NCBI GenBank assembly: GCA_903945375.1
Contig: CAJAVP010000036.1
Span: forward strand, 18,659-82,658
Length of the DNA stretch: 64,000 nucleotides
Direction: 5' to 3'
Source: an uncultured Methylococcaceae bacterium
Lineage (GTDB): Bacteria > Pseudomonadota > Gammaproteobacteria > Methylococcales > Methylomonadaceae
Position numbers and translations under genes: made by a program. The notes below the pieces were generated by a model. That model was given only the letters and a program-made list of their open reading frames with translations, had not been told where the DNA came from and did not search any database. The first letter of the stretch is position 1; every line of letters begins with the position of its first letter. Shown in pieces: positions 58,504 through 64,000 of this stretch.

Positions 58504-59501
58504 TAACGCCGTCCACTCTATTGCCTTGGCAACAAGCCGATTGGCAACGCTTACGCGCCTATATTGACCAACAGCGTGTCCCGCAGGCCGTGTTATTCAC
58601 CGGCAACAAAGGGCTCGGTAAACAGCAGTTAGCCCATTTGCTAATACAGGCTTTGCTTTGTGATAGTCCTAAAGCCGATGGCTTGGCGTGTGGGCAGTGC
58701 AGTCGTTGTTTATTGCTGAAAGCCGGTTCGCATCCGGATTTTTTAAACATTTCGCCCGAGGCGGAGAGCAAAGCCATTAGTGTTAATCAGATTCGCGGTC
58801 TAATTGACAAGTTAAGCCTAAAGCCGCAGTTTGAGGGGTATCGCGTTGTGCTGATTAATCCAGCAGATGCCTTAAATAATAATTCTGTTAATGCGTTTTT
58901 AAAATGTCTCGAAGAGCCAGCGGAGCGTTCGGTTATTGTCTTAGTGAGTGAGCGACCTCGGACATTGCCGGCAACTTTACTCAGTCGCTGTCAACAACTA
59001 CCGCTCGCTACACCAAATCGGCAAGTTGCCAGCACTTGGCTACAACAGCAACAACCGCAATTAACCACGGCGGATAGTCAGGTTTTGCTTAATTTGGCAC
59101 AAAATGCGCCATTGCTAGCTTTGGAATTCGCCCACGAGGGTATTTTAGATCTTCGCGCAACGTGTTTTGCCGAGTGGGAAGCGATTGCGATGCACAAAAA
59201 ACATCCCGTTCTAGTGGCGGAAAATTGGCAGAAATTGCCGGAACAGACCGTGTTATTTTGGCTGACCTCTTGGGTTAGTGACATGATTCAATGGTGTTAT
59301 CTTGATAAGCCGCCGCGTTTATATAACCAAGATTTAAACAAACCCTTGCATGACATGGCTAAGCGGATAGAATTAAAAGGTATTTATCGACTATACGACC
59401 TATTATTAGCCAGTCGGCAACGTATCGGAACGACGATTAATAAACAATGTTTATTCGAAGAAATTTTAATCAACTGGTTTCAACTTAACCAAAGTCACTA
59501 A
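58500..59501 (+). CDS. holB: DNA polymerase III delta-prime subunit
   Basis: CGQCSRC, HPDF, NAFLKCLEEP, SRCQ. Confidence 0.95.
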   Translation: MITPSTLLPWQQADWQRLRAYIDQQRVPQAVLFTGNKGLGKQQLAHLLIQALLCDSPKADGLACGQCSRCLLLKAGSHPDFLNISPEAESKAISVNQIRGLIDKLSLKPQFEGYRVVLINPADALNNNSVNAFLKCLEEPAERSVIVLVSERPRTLPATLLSRCQQLPLATPNRQVASTWLQQQQPQLTTADSQVLLNLAQNAPLLALEFAHEGILDLRATCFAEWEAIAMHKKHPVLVAENWQKLPEQTVLFWLTSWVSDMIQWCYLDKPPRLYNQDLNKPLHDMAKRIELKGIYRLYDLLLASRQRIGTTINKQCLFEEILINWFQLNQSH

Positions 59502-59503
59502 TT

Positions 59504-59860
59504 ATGTCTGATAATGCTCCCGCGCTAAGACCTGGCATTTTAACCTTATCGATTAAAGATAAAGCGTCTTTATATGCCGCCTATATGCCGTTTGTGATTA
59601 ACGGTGGTTTATTTATTCCGACTAATCGGCAATATGAAATGGGTCAGGAAGTCTTCATGTTACTCAATTTAATGGAAGAGACGGAGCGATTGCCGATTGC
59701 TGGAAAAATAGTATGGAAAACGCCACCTGGCTCTGAAAGCTATCATGCCAGCGGTATTGGTGTGCAATTCACGGATCAGGATGGTGGTGCGGCACGTAGT
59801 AAAATTGAAACCTATTTGGCGGGTGCGTTGTCATCCGACCGTCCGACCCATACGATGTAA
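59504..59860 (+). CDS. pilZ: Type IV pilus PilZ protein
   Basis: LYAAYMPF..NGGLFIPT...GIGVQF; conserved holB-pilZ-tatD context. Confidence 0.93.
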   Translation: MSDNAPALRPGILTLSIKDKASLYAAYMPFVINGGLFIPTNRQYEMGQEVFMLLNLMEETERLPIAGKIVWKTPPGSESYHASGIGVQFTDQDGGAARSKIETYLAGALSSDRPTHTM

Positions 59861-59864
59861 GCTT

Positions 59865-60659
59865 ATGTTGATAGACTCTCATTGCCATCTCGACCGTCTT
59901 GATCTTAATCCGTACCAAAATGATTTTGCGTGCTTTATGGCAGAGGTAAAAAACTGCCAAATTGAACATTTACTGTGTATCGCCATTGATCTGGAGGCTT
60001 ATCCGGCCATGCTGGATTTGGTGGCCGATTATCCGCAGATTTCAGTCAGTGTCGGTGTACATCCGAATGTGAGTGACGGTAAAGAACCCAGTGTCGAAGA
60101 GCTCATCACTTTAGGGCAATCAGACAAAGTGATTGCCATTGGTGAAACCGGTTTGGATTATTTCCGTAGTAGTGGTGATTTGGCGTGGCAACATCAGCGT
60201 TTTAAAAACCATATTCATGCGGCAAAAACCTTAAAAAAACCACTGATTATCCATACCCGTGAAGCACGCGAGGATACATTAAAGCTATTAGCAACAGAAG
60301 GTGCGGCTGAGGTTGGTGGAATTATTCATTGTTTTACTGAAGATTGGGCGTTTGCTCAGCAAGCAATTGATTTGAACTTTTATATTTCATTTTCAGGTAT
60401 TGTCACCTTTAACAACGCCAAAGCTATTCACGAAGTGGCAAAAAAAGTGCCGGCCGAGCGTTTTTTGATTGAAACAGATTCACCTTATTTAGCCCCTGCA
60501 CCGTTTAGAGGTCGTCCCAATTATCCAACTTATGTGCGTTATGTCGCTGAACGTATGGCAAACTTGCGAGAAACCTCAGTCGAAAAAATTGCCGCACAAT
60601 CCACTGAAAATTTTTATCACTTGTTTAACAACAAACCCGTAGCGGAGATTGATTTATGA
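59865..60659 (+). CDS. TatD-family hydrolase (YcfH-type)
   Basis: [33 protein letters not shown]. Confidence 0.93.
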   Translation: MLIDSHCHLDRLDLNPYQNDFACFMAEVKNCQIEHLLCIAIDLEAYPAMLDLVADYPQISVSVGVHPNVSDGKEPSVEELITLGQSDKVIAIGETGLDYFRSSGDLAWQHQRFKNHIHAAKTLKKPLIIHTREAREDTLKLLATEGAAEVGGIIHCFTEDWAFAQQAIDLNFYISFSGIVTFNNAKAIHEVAKKVPAERFLIETDSPYLAPAPFRGRPNYPTYVRYVAERMANLRETSVEKIAAQSTENFYHLFNNKPVAEIDL

Positions 60660-61231
60660 GTATTTCATTAAGTAAAGGCGGTAATATCAGCTTGTCAAAG
60701 ACCGATCCCAGTCTTAATCAAGTTTTGGTTGGTTTAGGTTGGGATGCTCGCCCCACGGATGGAGCGGACTTTGATTTAGATGCCAGTGCCTTTATGATCA
60801 ATGATGATGGCAAAGTTCGTTCCGATAGCGATTTTATTTTTTATAACCAAATGCGTTCGGTGTGTGGCTCGGTTGAACATACTGGTGACAACCAGACTGG
60901 GGCTGGTGAGGGTGATGATGAAGCCCTGATCGTGTTACTAGAAAAAGTGCCAGCGGATATTCAGCGCATCATTTTTACCGTAACTATCCACGAAGCGGAG
61001 CAACGTAAGCAGAATTTTGGACAAGTTTCTCATGCCTTTGTCCGGATAGTGAATAAAGAGAGTGGTCAGGAAGTCACGCGTTATGATTTAAGCGAAGACG
61101 CTTCAATTGAAACGGCAATGATTTTTGGCGAAATCTATCGACATAACTCTGAATGGAAATTTCGTGCCGTAGGGCAGGGTTATGCAGGTGGACTCGCTGC
61201 ATTAGCAAGGCAATTCGGTATCAATCTTTAA
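60656..61231 (+). CDS. terD: TerD-family protein
   Basis: GLGWD...[38 protein letters not shown]. Confidence 0.92.
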   Translation: MSISLSKGGNISLSKTDPSLNQVLVGLGWDARPTDGADFDLDASAFMINDDGKVRSDSDFIFYNQMRSVCGSVEHTGDNQTGAGEGDDEALIVLLEKVPADIQRIIFTVTIHEAEQRKQNFGQVSHAFVRIVNKESGQEVTRYDLSEDASIETAMIFGEIYRHNSEWKFRAVGQGYAGGLAALARQFGINL

Positions 61232-61279
61232 AATACAGCATCCTTAACGGATGATTCTTAAAATAACCAGGAGACAATC

Positions 61280-61855
61280 ATGGCAATATCACTGACAAAA
61301 GGCGGCAATGTAAACTTGAGCAAAGAAGCGCCAGGTTTAAATAAAATCATCGTGGGTTTAGGTTGGGATGCACGCGCCACTGATGGCGCCGCATTCGATT
61401 TAGATGCCAGCGCATTTTTAGTCAAAGCAGACGGAAAAGTTCGCTCAGACAACGATTTTTGTTTTTTCAACAATAAAGTTGTTGCCGATGGAGCGGTACA
61501 GCATATGGGCGACAACACCACGGGTGCAGGCGAAGGTGATGACGAAGTGGTTAAAGTTGAGTTATCAAAAGTCCCACAAGATCTCGATAAAGTCGTTTTT
61601 ACCGTTACGATTTATGACGCAGAGACGCGCAGACAGAATTTTGGTCAAGTCAGCCATGCCTTTATTCGTGTTGTCAATGAAGAAGGCGGTCAAGAAATTG
61701 CCCGTTACGATTTGAGTGAAGATGCGTCCGTCGAAACGGCGATGATTTTTGGTGAAATTTATCGCGCAGGTTCTGAGTGGAAATTTAAAGCCGTTGGACA
61801 GGGCTTTGCCGGGGGCTTAGGGCCATTGGCGACTTCTTTTGGGGTTAATGTATAA
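61280..61855 (+). CDS. terD: TerD-family protein (tandem paralog)
   Basis: Same motifs, also 191 aa. Confidence 0.92.
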   Translation: MAISLTKGGNVNLSKEAPGLNKIIVGLGWDARATDGAAFDLDASAFLVKADGKVRSDNDFCFFNNKVVADGAVQHMGDNTTGAGEGDDEVVKVELSKVPQDLDKVVFTVTIYDAETRRQNFGQVSHAFIRVVNEEGGQEIARYDLSEDASVETAMIFGEIYRAGSEWKFKAVGQGFAGGLGPLATSFGVNV

Positions 61856-61868
61856 AATGACCGGAAAA

Positions 61869-61893
61869 TAATGCCAGTGCTTAACTGGCATTA
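61869..61893. other. Intergenic stem-loop within the ter cluster
   Basis: TAATGCCAGT-gctta-ACTGGCATTA perfect 10-bp stem. Confidence 0.5.
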
Positions 61894-61922
61894 ACTGAAT
61901 AGATTGATTAATGGAGCAATAT

Positions 61923-62519
61923 ATGGCGATTAACTTACAAAAAGGGCAAAAAATATCTTTATCTAAAGAAGCCGGTAGTAGCTTGAATAAAGTCATTATG
62001 GGTTTAGGTTGGGATGCTAAAAAAGCCAGCGGTGGCATGTTAGGTGGTTTGTTTGGACGGGGGGGTGGCAGTGATTCTATCGACTTAGACGCTTCCTGTG
62101 TATTATTTGATGCAGATAATAAGCTAATAGAAACAGTTTATTTTGGTCATTTAAAAAGTCGTGATGGTAGCATCGTGCATACCGGTGATAATCGCACGGG
62201 AGCTGGCGATGGTGACGATGAGCAAATAAAAGTGGAATTAAACAAAATTCCAGCCAACGTAAAATCCTTGGTTTTTACCGTTAATTCTTATACAGGACAA
62301 ACCTTTGAGTCAGTAGAAAATGCGTACTGCCGTATTGTTGATGGCAGTAATAACCAAGAAATAGCTCGCTATACTCTAAGCTCTCAAGGTTCACATACCG
62401 CGCAAATCATGGCAAAAGTTTATCGTCATAATGATGAATGGAAAATGCACGCCATAGGCGAGAACGGTTCAGGTCGTACGATCGAAAACCTGTTACCTCA
62501 AATTACGACTCATCTATAA
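61923..62519 (+). CDS. TerZ/TerD-family protein with Gly-rich insert
   Basis: GLGWD..KASGGMLGGLFG...IDLDASC, HTGDNRTG.GDGDDE, WKMHAIG. Confidence 0.88.
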   Translation: MAINLQKGQKISLSKEAGSSLNKVIMGLGWDAKKASGGMLGGLFGRGGGSDSIDLDASCVLFDADNKLIETVYFGHLKSRDGSIVHTGDNRTGAGDGDDEQIKVELNKIPANVKSLVFTVNSYTGQTFESVENAYCRIVDGSNNQEIARYTLSSQGSHTAQIMAKVYRHNDEWKMHAIGENGSGRTIENLLPQITTHL

Positions 62520-62523
62520 ACGG

Positions 62524-63567
62524 ATGAGAGTTTGGTTTAATAAAACCTTTTCAACCATCAGCTCTGTTTTTAATGCACTTCACCAAGCCGCACCGCTGGG
62601 TGAAGTGACCTTGATCTGTACGCATGTCCATTACGGAGCATCGGCTTTTTTGGCTGCTGATGAGTATTATCTTGAACCTGCGGATTACCAAGGAGAAATC
62701 TATTTGCAATGGTGCTTAGATTTTTGTTTGGCGCAGCAAATTGATTGGTTTTGGCCTGCCAAAGAAGCCGCACTCATCACCCAATATCAACAACGATTTG
62801 CCGCTATTGGCGTACAGGTGTTGTCGGTTGCCGATTATCGAGTTTTGCACTTACTGCATAACAAAGCCGAGTTTTATGCAGCCGTGCCGCCCTCTGTTGC
62901 CAAAACAATGGATTTTATTGCAGTGCATGATCTGGCGGGTTTTGACGCCGCCGTAGCAGAGCTAGCCAAAAAACACGATCGTTTATGTGTTAAACCGGCC
63001 GTCTCGGTGTTTGGTTTGGGCTTTAGGATTTTAGACACGCAGCGCGATAGTATCAGTCATTTGCTTGATGGGGTTGAATACCAAATTCCTTTAGCCGAGT
63101 TGCGTCAAGGCATGATAAATACGCCGCAGTTTGCGACCTTGTTAGTGATGGAGCATCTCGCGGGGCATGAGTGGAGTGTTGATTGTGCCGGTCATCAGGG
63201 CAAGTTGTTGAGTGCTGTGCAACGCAAAAAGTCCTTATTTGCAGGCTATGGGCAAGTTATAGACAATCAGCCTGACATTCACGATATGGTGACACGCTTA
63301 ACCGCTCATTATGCTCTGAATGGCTTGTTTAATATCCAATTTAAAGAAGGCAAGCAAGGGCCACGCTTGTTGGAAATCAATCCGCGTCCATCCGGTGGTT
63401 TTGGTATGGCGTGTTTATCCGGTGTTAATTTGGCACAGTTGATTTGGCAAGCGGTCATTAAATCCGAGCCGGTGACTGAGCTGGTGATTCACTACGGGCG
63501 TAAAGTGACTGAAGTTAATACGGCGAGGATGTTAAGCGAAGAACACGCAGTGTCTCAGGTTTTTTGA
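62524..63567 (+). CDS. Ter-associated ATP-grasp enzyme
   Basis: MRVWFNKTFS N-terminus; CVKPAVS..GLGF; EWSVDC; NIQFK; LLEINPRPSGG. Confidence 0.82.
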   Translation: MRVWFNKTFSTISSVFNALHQAAPLGEVTLICTHVHYGASAFLAADEYYLEPADYQGEIYLQWCLDFCLAQQIDWFWPAKEAALITQYQQRFAAIGVQVLSVADYRVLHLLHNKAEFYAAVPPSVAKTMDFIAVHDLAGFDAAVAELAKKHDRLCVKPAVSVFGLGFRILDTQRDSISHLLDGVEYQIPLAELRQGMINTPQFATLLVMEHLAGHEWSVDCAGHQGKLLSAVQRKKSLFAGYGQVIDNQPDIHDMVTRLTAHYALNGLFNIQFKEGKQGPRLLEINPRPSGGFGMACLSGVNLAQLIWQAVIKSEPVTELVIHYGRKVTEVNTARMLSEEHAVSQVF

Positions 63568-63568
63568 T

Positions 63569-63602
63569 TATTCGGCAAGGGATTGCGCCCCCTTGCCGAA
63601 TA
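63569..63602. terminator. Hairpin between convergent genes
   Basis: TATTCGGCAAGGG...CCCTTGCCGAATA perfect 13-bp stem. Confidence 0.65.
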
Positions 63603-63612
63603 CCTTACGCTA

Positions 63613-64000
63613 CTATTTAAGTTGCTGATAATAATCAGCTAACTCTTTTATTTCCGCATCGCTTAATTGCTGGGCAATCAAACGCATACGACTATATACA
63701 TCATTGTGACGCTCCCCTTTTTTATAAGCGCTTAACGTTTTAGCAAGATAATCCGCATGTTGACCGGCTAACGCTGGAATATCCATTTTTGCTCCTTGAC
63801 CTGAACCACCGTGACAAGTAAAACAAGGCGGTACAATACGTTTGCCATCACCATTGGATACCAGATTTTCAGCTTTGGGCAAACGGCTCTTGTCTTTGGC
63901 TTGTTCAGGTAAGGGTAATGATGCAAACCAAGCGGCAAGATCTGCTGCATCTTGTTCACTCATGCCTTTGATGACACTGCTCATAGACTCATCGACACGG
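63613..64000 (-). CDS. Cytochrome c4-type protein (partial, N-terminus beyond the window end)
   Basis: CFTCHG, IPALAGQHADYL...L.AYK.GER.ND....M; the frame stays open to the window edge. Confidence 0.85.
   Translation of the reverse strand, partial: RVDESMSSVIKGMSEQDAADLAAWFASLPLPEQAKDKSRLPKAENLVSNGDGKRIVPPCFTCHGGSGQGAKMDIPALAGQHADYLAKTLSAYKKGERHNDVYSRMRLIAQQLSDAEIKELADYYQQLK

Noticed and set aside
21074-61179. KOPS-like GGGNAGGG octamers on the plus strand (21074, 46027, 48737, 61172)
   Set aside because: Expected replichore polarity signal; I could not count both strands exhaustively, so no claim is made
60656-61855. Tandem terD repeat as a possible assembly duplication
   Set aside because: The copies differ at many codons; TerD paralog arrays are normal
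1-64000. CRISPR arrays, rRNA/tRNA genes, prophage, integrase or transposase
   Set aside because: No regularly spaced direct repeats, RNA-gene signatures or such ORFs were seen by eye

Overview
Gammaproteobacterial chromosomal window. Gene order and protein style suggest a Methylococcales-like organism; this is inference, and no methane-oxidation genes are present here. Core loci: ftsK, ubiA, an aa3-type cytochrome c oxidase cluster running into ftsY-ftsE-ftsX-rpoH, orn/rsgA, and the yceD-rpmF-plsX-fabHDG-acpP-fabF-pabC-mltG-tmk-holB-pilZ-tatD superoperon. Accessory loci: Vibrio-type flagellar flgP/flgT, an orphan Hsp70, a 7-gene MglA/MglB-like small-GTPase module with an Aer-type PAS protein, an HD-GYP regulator plus giant multi-PAS kinase followed by an outer-membrane barrel and an NspC-like decarboxylase, a YddA/BacA-type transporter with a dead ATPase domain next to a GH5 hydrolase, a GT2-GSCFA-GT32 glycan cassette and a Ter cluster. 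Best novelty candidates: (1) the GTPase/roadblock/PAS module at 5.7-10.8 kb; (2) an in-frame fusion of a half-degenerate heme A synthase (CtaA) domain to the SRP receptor FtsY; (3) the ABC transporter with all ATPase motifs lost, coupled to GH5; (4) a Fluc/CrcB channel with an internal partial duplication. A CIRCE operator precedes rpoH. Several REP/MITE-like repeats occur between 21 and 27.3 kb. No rRNA, tRNA, CRISPR array, integrase or transposase was seen. All family assignments come from motif recognition by eye, not database searches.
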